Assembly: GCA_004431415.1 (NCBI GenBank)
Contig: QPMI01000058.1
Location: 345,599-409,598 of the forward strand
DNA from: Cyanophora paradoxa CCMP329
Lineage: Eukaryota > Plantae > Glaucophyta
DNA length: 64,000 bases
Direction: 5' to 3'
Shown here in pieces: positions 10,807 through 22,173 of the stretch (position 1 is the first letter of the stretch; every line of letters begins with the position of its first letter). Under the pieces are notes generated by a model. The model was not told the DNA's origin and ran no database searches. It saw nothing but the letters and a program-made list of their open reading frames with translations. The translations under genes were made by a program, and so were the position numbers.

Positions 10807-11723
10807 ATGGTCGAAGACAAGCATCGACGCTGCGCCAGGCTCAGCTTTGACAGTAGAGACAGAAGGCCAATCGATTCAGAGGCAAACTTTGTGCTAGAAA
10901 TAAATGAACCTATAATCAATCCAGTTGCTGTTCGACTTACCCAGTGTGAGTTCGCAAACAGCCTTTACACGAGCATTAGAGATGAGTATCTTTCGATCAC
11001 CTTCCCCAACATTTGGACGGAAAATCTGGCAGTTTTTGAGCCTGGTATAATTACTACTGCAAATATGGGCGAAACAGATCTTTACAACTTTGGCCTATCG
11101 TTTAAGTTTGAACTGGGGGAATCGTAATAGCATATTTCAAATTGTTTCGGGACCCAGAGACACTGAAGATGTCTGCCTATTGCAACCGTTCCTGCACAGT
11201 AACCTGCCAGTTCAAAGCTCTATCGAATCTGCTAGGGCTGAACCGAAATGAGCCCCTCCAGCTGTCTCCTATCGTGTTTGAAGGAGGACAAAGATCAGTA
11301 ACTGCAGCTGAGCGATATCTCGAGGTTGCTGGCATTCCAGTAACACCTTCACACCCTGAATATGGCGTGGATTTCACCGAAAGAATGCGGAGTGAGCCAC
11401 TTGGTTATGCTGTCGAATTTCCAAAGATAATTGACATGAACAGCGACCAGTATCTATTCCTAGTCTGTGAAGAGCTTCGACCATTTGCTTCAAAGCTTCG
11501 CCGTGGGGCCAAAACAATGTGCAACTACGGGCTTGCTCGAATTCAAATGAGTCAGGACGTTGGCAAATTCGTTTATATAAATCAGGATCATCAAAGCGAA
11601 TGGATCCCCATCGAAGAGCGTCTTGTGCTGACTTCCTTGCGACTGCGCATTGTAGACAGAGATGGTGATGATGTATTACTGAATGGATTGCCATGGTCTG
11701 GGGAGCTCCAGTTCATCACTTAG
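10807..11723 (+). CDS. Minor capsid (penton)-like protein 2, one frameshift near 11120
   Basis: N-term FDSRDR...ANF.LEI...I.NPVAVRL...EFANS, central YLFL..EEL, C-term LTSLRLRIVDRDG....LNGLPWSGELQF. Confidence 0.78.
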
Positions 11724-11874
11724 GGAAAGTCGCCAGAGTTGCAGACAAGCCGAAGGCAAGGAGCCACTTGTGCTCCGCACAGCGACCGCTGCGCCAAACT
11801 GATTTGAAAAGTCGCAGACAAGCAGCTCGGCTGTGCCTCCGCCCCGTTTTATTTCTTGGCACAATATATATAAA

Positions 11875-12206
11875 ATGTCGCAGTTGATGCCCATAGCTCA
11901 GATTGAAAAGTACTTACCGTTGATGCGGGACAAAAAAGTATCACTTGTTGCGATTGGAGATAAGCCAAGCACACAAACAAACCTAGGTTTTCTGCAAGCT
12001 TACCGCCGATTTGGTCCTGACGGAATCAAAAAGGAGCTCGCAACCAAAAACACAACTTGGTATCAGCGAAGAGAGAATTACATTAAGAGGCGACTGGAGG
12101 GCGTAATGGAGCACCATTTTGGGAGAAAGATAAATCTGGCAGAACTATTCCAACACGTCTTGGACTCTCTCTGATTTCCTGGGCATTCATGCCGCCGCCT
12201 AATTAA
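11875..12206 (+). CDS. Small basic hypothetical viral protein (frameshift near 12120)
   Basis: ATG in TATATAAAATG context. GFLQAY..WYQRRENYIKR. The alternative frame continues PTRLGLSLISWAFMP. Confidence 0.5.
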
Positions 12207-13680
12207 TGTAACGTCCCCGGAAATCAAGCCGGAATGCATTCACATTTATAAATTCGTTTGTTATAATTTGCACATAGTTATATACCTGTGGGGTGATCAA
12301 ATGCGAGTCACTATGCATTAGATCGAAGCCTGCCATTGTTGGGTTCGCAGCAAGCACATTTGCTAGGACCGTATTTTCAAAAAGCCTCCCATCTTGGACA
12401 TATCCTAAGTTGGTCAGAATGCTGAAATTAAATAGGACTCCGGCAGCAAAAGCTGGCCCATACATAATGATTTGATGTAGCTCAAAAGGCTTTGTAAATT
12501 CGACTCTGATCCAGGGATTAGGTAGAGTGCCACCTTGGAACCCTGTTGAGTTGGGTCGCACATGAGAAGGTGGGTGCAATTCCTCAAAGTCGTTGCTTAT
12601 GATGTTTGCATCTGGAATTATAAACCAGTTGACATCAAATGGCGGCTCAACTGTTAAAGTTGACGATATGATTAGTCTGTCATCGTTCAGTAGGTCATAG
12701 TTCGCCAATAGAAAGCTGCAGAGCGCATTTATTTTAGCATTTATTTCGATTTGTTTCAGCCATAAATCTGTTGTAGAAATCAAATAAGAAATATTCGATG
12801 GGGAGGCATCATCAAGCTTGCTCATGACTGCAGCTGGCAGAGGAACACTTAAACGCCAGTATCTAGTTAGATTCCTATCTGCATCAACTGGAAGCAGTTC
12901 CTGCATTTGAAAGTGCGATTCCAGCTCGCTACCAGCCATTAGCATAGAAATGATTGGGCTGCCTGAGAGGGATAGGATCCAGCCCAGTGCGCCCCAGCCT
13001 GACGTCTCCGAATTCGAAAAGCCTGCAGTCAATTGCTCACTGGCTTGGACTTCACCACAGCTAATGCTCACAAGAACAATTGGATCTTCTGCATCGTAAA
13101 TTTTACTGGCGTGGCTGAGTGCAGCAACTGAGGGATTATTCAAACAGGCAATTGCCCGTCAACAAGGTTTTTGTCCCTAGAACCTTCGGTGGAAAGAATG
13201 TAGGTGCTGCTGAAGATGCTCTCACTGCATCACGAATCAGCGTGCTTGAATATGGCCCATCCTTCGTAAAAACTACTGGCTGCATCCGAACTGTATCAAA
13301 CGCTGTAATTAATACGTCTTTTGTCGATTCTGCAATTGTGTAGTCCAGGGCAACGTCTGTAAGCACCGACTCCAGAGGATTTGCATCATAGCGGCTTCCT
13401 GAGAGCAAGCTTGTGAGTGATCTCGGATTTGCAAATATTGTTGGCAGGTTCGTTTGATATAGACTCAAGATATCACCTGCAGAATATCGGTAAGCAAGAA
13501 CAGAGCCTGGAGCTGATGGGATCGCCAATCCGGCCGCTATTATTGCCCTGTTGAGGTGCCTGCAAAGAAATCAAACAGCTGTGGTATTGCTTTCCCAGTA
13601 ATCGCCTCAATCCGTTGTAGAATTCGGGCTATGACTATTCCACGAGCACCTCCACCTGATAGTGAGAGAATGACCTTCAT
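12199..13680 (-). CDS. Patatin-like phospholipase with C-terminal beta-sandwich-like extension (frameshifted)
   Basis: ILSLSGGGARG oxyanion motif, FDFFAGTSTG (GxSxG), ASSAAPTFFP, VDG...NNP across the frameshift at ~13150. C-terminal PNPWIRVEF...FRLDFRG. Confidence 0.88.
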
Positions 13681-13703
13681 TTTTAAAAGGGGCTTATATA
13701 AAA

Positions 13704-16700
13704 ATGTCCTACATCTTGAAGAAGCCAGTGCCACTTCGTAGATCTCCAGATTTCGTTGATGATCGACTCATAAATATTCGCGTATTTGGAAGCATCTTGG
13801 CAGACTTCAATGCTGATCGTGACATCCACAGGACCGAGTTTAGTCGACCAGCTGCATTAATTCTGCGGAACTCTCACGTTGGTGCCCCAGATATTGCACA
13901 GAGATTCTGTCTTGGTCCCACTGAGAACTTTGTTGCTGAAATTATTGGGTCCAGGGCGTTGCCACGACACCTGCGAATTGCCTCCTCAGGCACAGTCTCC
14001 AAGTATGATTCTGGTAGATTGATATTTAGGCTCCAAAATGATAGAGGGGTCCATACATCAGCTCTACGTCTAATTGATGAATCAAATGATGTCGCAAACA
14101 AAACTGCGGCTCAAATCACTGGGCGAATTCTCCTTGGCGAAGATGCTGCAATATCAGTGCTTGCATCACAAATTCAGCCGTTCCCCTGGGATCTACTATA
14201 TACCGATGCACGAGAAGCAAATCTTCTTTCGGGTTTGATGTAAATCAAATCGATACCGAGCCAGCCACCAGGTTCGATATTCCTGGATGCACCTTCGGCT
14301 CTATCTTGATTGAGGCTGACAGGCACCTGCTCCGGCATTGCATGATAGATATGACCTAGGGCTTCGCACCAGGCAGTGGAGAAATATTCATGGAACTAAT
14401 ATTTATCAGGATGGTAAGAAGGTTAGCACTGAAGAGCAGGTTATCAACATTTTCAACTACTACTTCGGACCTATTGTCCCTATACCACCTCTTCCAGGGT
14501 TACCAAAGCCGCCAATCCCGGATGGACCTGGTCGAGAGCGAGTTGCTGATGAGACAGTTCCTTTCGGTCAACATATTGTCAGTTGGGAGCAAGTTCGCAA
14601 TAAACCTATCTTCGAACCGAAAAAACAAATAGATGAACAGTATTTACCTCCTGAAATCGATATATTAGAGCTTGATGATTACCAATTTGTCCCAGATGAG
14701 GAAGAGTTTTTACCTGACGGTTTCGACCCGCAAGAGTATGAGTATGATCAATACGACCCAAATGAGGAAGAGTATTTACCCGATGGTTTAGATCCACAAG
14801 AGTTTGAGTATGAACAGAATTATGAACCCCATGAGGAATATTTAGCAGATGGTCTCGAACCACCAGTTGTGGATTATGAGCAACCTTATGAACCCCATGA
14901 GGAGTTTTTACCAGATGGATTACAACCGGAGCTTTTTGAGTTCTTTCCAGATTGGGAACAGATCAACAACAAACCAGCGAGATATCCACCAGAGGATCAC
15001 AACCATGATTGGGATGAGATCTTGGGTAAACCTGAGAAATATCCACCTGAAGATCACAGGCATGATTGGGCGATATCGATGGAATTCCACCTGAGTTTCC
15101 GCCAGAAGACCATTTACATATTTGGAGCGAAATACGAGAGCAGCCCACTTTTGCATCAGCAGGAAATGTATTATTAGGAGATATTAACAATGGTGTGAGT
15201 CTCTACCAAAATATAAACACACCAGAAAGATTACAATTAAACGATTATTATGTGAATCGTCAGGGAATCGATGCAGGCACCACAATGGACGGTGAATTGT
15301 ATATTAGACCACCCACAAGGGATGTAATATTACCACTTGGTGGTGGAATTGAAATTAAAAATACAAAACCAGGAATCTACTTAACAAACTACTACCCGAT
15401 GATGTCCCGATGACAGCAGGATTTATTTCTCTACCATCTGATCCAGCAAACTATGATAACAAAGATGCAACAATACAAATTAATGTGACTAATGTAAGCG
15501 ATTTAGACGGATCAAGACCAAAATTAATATTTAGCCGTGAGCAACTCGCAGCAGAAACACTTTTAGGAGATCGCGATGATTATAAACAATGTGAGGTAGC
15601 ATGGATTAAAACAAATTATAATGGTGGAGTTCCTGAGGGTCTTTTAGAAATCAATCAGAGAGCCTCAGCGAAAAACATTCATAACGAAAATATTTCAAGA
15701 GTCGTAACAGAAGATTATTTTAGATGGGATAATATCCCTGACGCACCCGAAAAATTCCCACCCTCAGACCATGAACATGTTAAAGCAGATATTACGGATT
15801 TTGCACATACTCATGTCAAAGCCGATATTACAGATTTTGCCCACACTCACACAAAAGATCAAATAACAGATTTCGCACATGAACACGTCAAAGCCGATAT
15901 TACGGATTTCGCACATGAACACGTCAAAGCGGATATTACAGATTTCGCCCATACTCACACAAAAGCAGATATCTCAGACTTTGCCCATACTCATCTAAAA
16001 GCAGATATTACAGACTTTGCACATGCTCACACAAAAGCAGATATCACAGATTTTGCACACACCCACCTTAAAGCAGATATTACAGACTTTGCACATACTC
16101 ACCTAAAAGCAGATATTACAGATTTTGCACATACCCACACAAAAGTGGATATCTCAGATTTTGCACATAGGCACAATTGGGACGAAATAGACGAACAGCC
16201 AGTATTCGCACAATTGAATGCAATCGGAAACGTTTTTAATGGAGTCACACTTTACCAATCGATTAATACACCTGAAAGGCTATTTTTGAATGATCATTAT
16301 GTTAGTCTCAATGGGTCGTTTACAGGTCAAGACGGCACACCGATGGTGGGAACTCTTGCAGTAAGATTACCCAGGGATCCAATCGTAAATGGAGTGTATA
16401 GTGGTGATTTTAATGTAGGAGTAAATGATACTTTCCCCAGTATCTATGTCACGAATTATCACCCGGGTGAAACAGGACAAGTAGCGGATTTTTCAGCAGC
16501 GATACAAGTAAATGTAACAGATCAAAGTGCATATGATGGAGCAAGACCTAAGATAGTATTCACAAGGAGAAAGTTGTAAACTATCTTCCTGTTGCAGGAC
16601 AACCCACAGATGATCACGGAAAATGTGAGATGGCGTGGATTAAGACAACATCAGGAGGCGCCTTAGAAGTCAATCAGAGAATGGCGGCAAAAAACTTACA

Positions 16701-19695
16701 CAATACCACCCTTTCCGGTGTTGTTACAGATGATTACCTTACCAATAAAGGATATCTCACGTCGGCGGATTTAAGCAGTTATGCAACCGATGCAGAATTA
16801 GCGGCGGCACTTGCGAATTATCTACCTCTTACAGGTGGAACCGTCACCGGAACCGTTAACGCTACCACATTACAAATTGGTGGAACCACAATACCGAAAG
16901 GTTATGAATTTGACCAATTAGATGTGGTTTCGACAGATAGAAGCGCAAATAATTGGACTGTTAATTGGACAGGTCATAGAACGGGACTAACCGGATGTTA
17001 TACGACACCTGAGAATGACGCAGATGTTACGGGTTGTTGGATGCGTTGGACAATTCCAGAAGGTATGAAATCGTTTTATATTCAACTTTTACTGTGGCAT
17101 AATTGTCGATATTTCGATATTTACGGGCAAACTGTAAATGGACATCAACATTTCCTAAGACGAATAAATAACTATCAAGGACTTCAGGATGTTGCAGTTC
17201 AAGATGGAACATACCCAGCTATAATATTTACTTCAGTAAACTGCGAATTTTACAGTAAAATATATGTTCAAGGGCGAAAAGGTCGCATTTATTTTACGGG
17301 TGTGTTTGGTTGGAGTCGTCAGAGAGCAACCGATAATGATGTAGGATTAGTGCATTATGATAATATCGCTTTTAATCCTGTTGGCAAATATTCCGATTTT
17401 GATGTAGTGACCGCTTGGAATGATGCAAGTATAGCTATGGTCGGAAGTTGGCAAACCAATTGGAAACCTACAACAGATAACCCAGTAGCAGGATTTTATA
17501 GCAATCAAGAAGGTGACACAAGCGGTAGTGACTATGTGCAAGCAGCAGTGCCGGCAGGAATGAAAACATGTCACATTCAGTATTTATGTTGGACGAATGG
17601 GCGATATTTCGATATTCAGGGATACCGCAACAGTCGATGGAATCATATTATGAGAGTGAATACTTACCAGAATGTAATAAACACAGCCGATACATTATGG
17701 CATGACGGTTTATTATGGACTTCTGTATTTTGTGGGAATTTTACACATATTAGAGTTGTTGCAAGAAAAGGGCGTTGTTATGTTGGATATTTTGCATGGA
17801 CGAAAGAAGTAGGAAGAACAGCACCAGCGAATGGTATGATTAGTTGGGATAATGTTTATAGCAAACCGTCATTTTATTCAGCCGCAGACCTTCCAGGAAC
17901 AGCAACATGGATTACAAACACTTGGTTAAAATCAACAGATAACATAGAGCGAATATGGTTTGGAAATGGTAATACGACATATATTCGAGGTTATGGAAAT
18001 AGTGATGGGGTTTCAATTGAATTCAGAAACTCAGCAGATGGAGCAATTTTAAAATCTTATAACAATGGAAACCTTTGGGTAAACAACACTTTGACAGTTC
18101 CGACAATAAGCGCTACCACCATTGGTGCAACAACAATAGATGTTGCAACATTAAAAAGAAATGGTTATGACGTTCCGAAATGTTACGGTTTTGATGACGC
18201 CGTAGCAGGTGCCGCTTATCATTCATCGGGCGGAACTTGGACAGTTGGTTATGGGACACCTTGGGATCCAGGATATAATTATGGTAGTTATGTGTATAAC
18301 AGTGAAGCCGATGATACAGCTTCTACAACTACATGGATTCAATATACAATACCCACAGCAATGGTTAATGGGACAGCATTCCTTACACATTTACCATGGA
18401 ATTCTTGCCGTTACTTTGAAATTTGGGGAGTCCGTAGTAATGGAGCAACTGTATTTATTACGAGAGTTAATAACTATCACCCTTATAATAGCGATTCCGA
18501 CGGTCACCACAACGGGTTAAATAATGTCCCTATTTTCCTTGCGGGTCGATTTACTCACATCCGTATTTATCCGAGAGTTGGAAGAGTTCATATTATGGGT
18601 ATTGGTTTCACACATGATCGTGCACATAGTAGTTCATATGGTGGTCACACCGGTTACATTTCTTGGGATAACATTTATAGTAAGCCAAATCTACTTACAC
18701 CGAGTTTAGTTGGAAACATTACAGGTTTTGATACTTGGAGTGGAACAGGTAGTGGTGGTCTATCATTTAGCGGATCTTGGGTATCAGGTTGGACGGCTAC
18801 TAATGATAATCCTGTGGACGGATTTTATAGCAGTATTGAAGGAGAAACGACGAGTAGTGATTGGGCGCAAATCGAAAAACCAGCAAATATGAAAACATGT
18901 CACGTTCAATACTTGTGTTGGACGAATTGCAGATATTTCGACATTGGAGGTTATCGATCGGGTCGATGGTTCCACATTATGCGTGTAAACACTTACCAGG
19001 CTATCTCAAATTATGGAACCTCTGATTATCACGATGGGTTGGCGTGGGCTTCCTTTGCTTGTGATAACTTTTCACATGTTAGATTTGTTGCAAGAAAAGG
19101 GAGATGTCACATTGGTATGGTTGGATGGACGAAAGAAAAAGGAAGAACAGCACCAGCAAATGGTATGATCAGTTGGGATAATGTTTATAGTAAAGATGCT
19201 CGCACCACATGGGCTACCGGAACTTGGATAACATCAGATGAAGGTAATGGGAGAGTTTATTTCGGTTCATCATCGACTACATACATTAAAGGTTACGGTT
19301 ACGAAATGATCCATTTTAGAAATGCAGTTGATATAACAATGCAAGCTTTTTATAATGATGGTAACGCTTACTTTTGGGGATGGCTTACACAAGGAAGTGA
19401 TAGAAGATACAAAACCGACATTAAAAATATAACCGGCGCCCTTTCAGCAATCGAGAAATTACAGGGTGTGAGTTATAAAAAGATTGGTGATGAAAAACAA
19501 AAAGTTAATTTAGGTCTGATTGCGCAAGATGTCGAAAAAGTCATACCAGAAGTAGTAGGTAAAAATCATGAAAATTATTTAACCCTTGCATACACGGGTT
19601 TAATTCCAGTTCTCATAGAAGCCGTTAAAGAATTATCCCAGAAATGCAAGAGTTTACAAGATCAAATAGACCAATGGCGCAGTCAGGCTGCTTAA
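13704..19695 (+). CDS. Large modular fibre/spike protein (one frameshifted gene of ~2000 aa, or 2-3 genes) ending in a peptidase S74-type intramolecular chaperone
   Basis: Consecutive ORFs 13704, 14338, 15066, 15410, 16630. HxH repeats, YLPLTGGTVTG fibre motif, four repeated Trp/Tyr-rich beta modules, GSDRRYKTDI...LGLIAQDVEKVIPEVV...Y.GLIP.LIEAVKEL from ~19396. Confidence 0.8.
14698..14945 (+). repeat. Four ~66-bp coding repeats (acidic EE[FY]LPDG.DPQE.EY motif)
   Basis: Visible in ORF 14338..15177. Confidence 0.8.
15770..16165 (+). repeat. 11 x 36-bp coding tandem repeat, HxHxKADITDFA (phage tail repeat-like)
   Basis: Eleven contiguous in-frame units with synonymous variation. Confidence 0.93.
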
Positions 19696-19726
19696 CTGCC
19701 CTAATAAAAATGTCACAGTATAATAA

Positions 19727-20035
19727 ATGGCGACGTATCCACTTGGTGGAACTCCTTCTACTTCTTCTGAGCCTGTCGCTCTTGCTTTCGATACTATCAA
19801 ACTTGTAGCCGCACTACAAACTGTCGAAAAAACAATACAACAAACTAACAAACTGTCACCGGTTGTTCATGAATATAAAAACCTCTTGGTTAATGTCCTT
19901 GCGCAATCGGCTTATGGTGATCCTGTTGCTAAATACTCTGAGTGCGATAGCAATATCAAAGCAATGACAGCCAATATTCAAGCTCTTTCTGTTGCTTACC
20001 AAGCCCTTGGAGCTAATCTAATCACTTTGGCTTGA
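19727..20035 (+). CDS. Small helical hypothetical protein
   Basis: 102-aa ORF, TATAATAAATG start. Confidence 0.55.
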   Translation: MATYPLGGTPSTSSEPVALAFDTIKLVAALQTVEKTIQQTNKLSPVVHEYKNLLVNVLAQSAYGDPVAKYSECDSNIKAMTANIQALSVAYQALGANLITLA

Positions 20036-20091
20036 TGGTAGTTTGGCTTGTCTGCCGACTTTTTTTTCTTTCCTTCTTAGTAAAATAAGCA

Positions 20092-20945
20092 ATGGGCGAA
20101 TATAATCGGGTTCAGTTACCTATCTATTCACTTGGATCCCCTGCAAATCATTTTCGCCAACACGAAGTCAATGATGAGGTTCGCGGTCTGGAATCCACTG
20201 AACGACCTAATTCGAATGGTAACTCTTTTGACAAAAACTCAATGATTCGAGTAAAAGAACTCCGAGCCGATAAGAATTCGGGTGTAGTTAAAACCACTCG
20301 ACTACTCGTAAGCAATGCAAATTTCTTCCAGCCAATAAATGGAGGCCCTGATGCTTACAGTGTTGATCTGAAAGCCCTCGATTTCGACAAGAATTCTGCT
20401 GCTGCTACAATTCGTTCAGGTGGAGCATTTATTGGTGGTGGTTGCAGAGTTTCAGGTCAACTCTCTTCTTCGATTGCATACAATGATGTCCCGGATTCCT
20501 TGAACAAAATGTTGAAAATCCACAACGAATTCGGTTCTATACACCTGTTGCACAGCAACCTTTTCTTCACTTCTATGTTGCATCATCTGTCTCTCTTGAA
20601 AATTCAGAGTTGGTTTCCATTACAGGAACTGATCGTGTGAGAAGGAATATTCCTCTTCCCACAGCAATGCTTTCGATGTGCAGAGCAAACAACAATCAAC
20701 CAGGTCACAATTACCTATTCTTTGTTCAAGCATCAAATCATTTCGGTCGGGGATATTGTGTATATAACAATTTGACATTTACTTATGATTTGTTTGTCAC
20801 TGAGGTAGGAGTTTACAATACTATGATAATGGGACTGAGAACAGATATAGCAGCTGTTTCGGCACTTCGTGGTGTGAATGTTGCTGATATCTTTACAACC
20901 GGATTTTACCAGGAGCCAGATGTAATCGATGATCCTACTCCGTAA
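20092..20945 (+). CDS. Hypothetical structural/fibre-associated protein, paralog 1 (frameshifted near 20540-20620)
   Basis: Shares GLESTE, ELR.DKN.G.VKTT.LLV.NANF and GGA.IG.G.RV.G with 20969..21793. Confidence 0.65.
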
Positions 20946-20968
20946 AATATATATCACTTTAATGTAAA

Positions 20969-21793
20969 ATGGCTGAAATTGAACGCATCCTAACAGCACA
21001 GCTTTCGCTCGCGGCCCCCGCTACGCACGTTTTACAACATTCTACTTTTGACGATGTGGAAGGTCTTGAATCAACAGAGGTTCAGCCGACATTAAACACC
21101 TTCGGATCTACACATAAACTTCGATTGCAGGAACTCAGATGTGATAAAAATAATGGTATAGTTAAGACAACGAAACTTCTTGTCACAAATGCAAATTTTA
21201 GCTCACATTATGGAGATCCAGACAGCTACGGCGATCCTATTTCGACTTATTCTTTTGAATCTCGTTCTGGAGCTATTAACTGTCGAAATGGCGGCGCATA
21301 TATTGGTGATGGTCTTCGTGTTGGCGGAGCTATTGGAGCTCCTCTCTTCGTAAACGACACGCCAAACCCGATCGACAATCTGACGCGGATTCGGACGTAT
21401 GTCCCCGGTATGAATGCACCATATATTATAAAGATCTTTCCAATTGTTGTTAATGAGCAAACATCAGTAGTTGATTCTCTGGTTGAAATTGGTGATCATT
21501 ATAAGGTAATTGTTGATATCCCTCCGGATATTTATGCACTCTGTCAAGTAGAAGGTGGAACCCCGAATATTTCGGTTGTAATCACACCCTATGACAATTT
21601 CGGGATCGCGTATCATGGTGTAAATTTCGGATTAGAAGATTATCAGTTTTTAGTAAGAGCTACCAGGTTTGGTATCTACAAATGCATCCTTTATGCTGAA
21701 AGAACCGATGCTATTGCTAAACAGAACACATATGCAGAATATGTTGGTACAAACAGGTATTTTCCTATATTCGGCAGCGATACGGCTCCATAG
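20969..21793 (+). CDS. Hypothetical structural/fibre-associated protein, paralog 2
   Basis: Intact 274-aa ORF, GTAAAATG start, paralogy as above. Confidence 0.7.
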   Translation: MAEIERILTAQLSLAAPATHVLQHSTFDDVEGLESTEVQPTLNTFGSTHKLRLQELRCDKNNGIVKTTKLLVTNANFSSHYGDPDSYGDPISTYSFESRSGAINCRNGGAYIGDGLRVGGAIGAPLFVNDTPNPIDNLTRIRTYVPGMNAPYIIKIFPIVVNEQTSVVDSLVEIGDHYKVIVDIPPDIYALCQVEGGTPNISVVITPYDNFGIAYHGVNFGLEDYQFLVRATRFGIYKCILYAERTDAIAKQNTYAEYVGTNRYFPIFGSDTAP

Positions 21794-21831
21794 CCGCATT
21801 CCTTTGTTTTTTTATATTTTTCCATTAATAG

Positions 21832-22167
21832 ATGGATTTGCTTCGAAAATGTATGGATATGTTCCATCTCAACGTCACCAGCAAATTGAATTGTAGTTGC
21901 TGCGAGACGACCATTAACCTCGAAATATCAGACACAGAAGGCTCTCGCACCCCAGAAACTCAGGTTTCGCCTATTAACACACCCAGGACTTCTAGGTCCA
22001 ATTCTCCATTTACTCGAACTGATTCACCTGTACCTTGGCTTGATGCTGAAGGCCGAAGATTGTCTTGGCCTCCCCCAAATATCCCGAAGCCGCTGAAAAG
22101 AAAAAAGTCCTTGCTATCAAGTTTCCGAAAGGAGAAGACTCCAGTTTCGGAAAAGCAGCCAGATTAA
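21832..22167 (+). CDS. Terminal small Ser/Thr/Pro-rich protein with basic NLS-like tail
   Basis: 111-aa ORF ending 6 bp before the TIR. Many SP/TP sites, KPLKRKK. Confidence 0.55.
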   Translation: MDLLRKCMDMFHLNVTSKLNCSCCETTINLEISDTEGSRTPETQVSPINTPRTSRSNSPFTRTDSPVPWLDAEGRRLSWPPPNIPKPLKRKKSLLSSFRKEKTPVSEKQPD

Positions 22168-22173
22168 GTGGAT

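Noticed and set aside
15770-16165. 36-bp periodic repeats as a CRISPR array
   Set aside because: Contiguous units with no unique spacers, in-frame with synonymous variation, no cas genes.
16630-19695. Diversity-generating retroelement acting on the fibre modules
   Set aside because: No reverse transcriptase in the window, and module differences are not adenine-specific.
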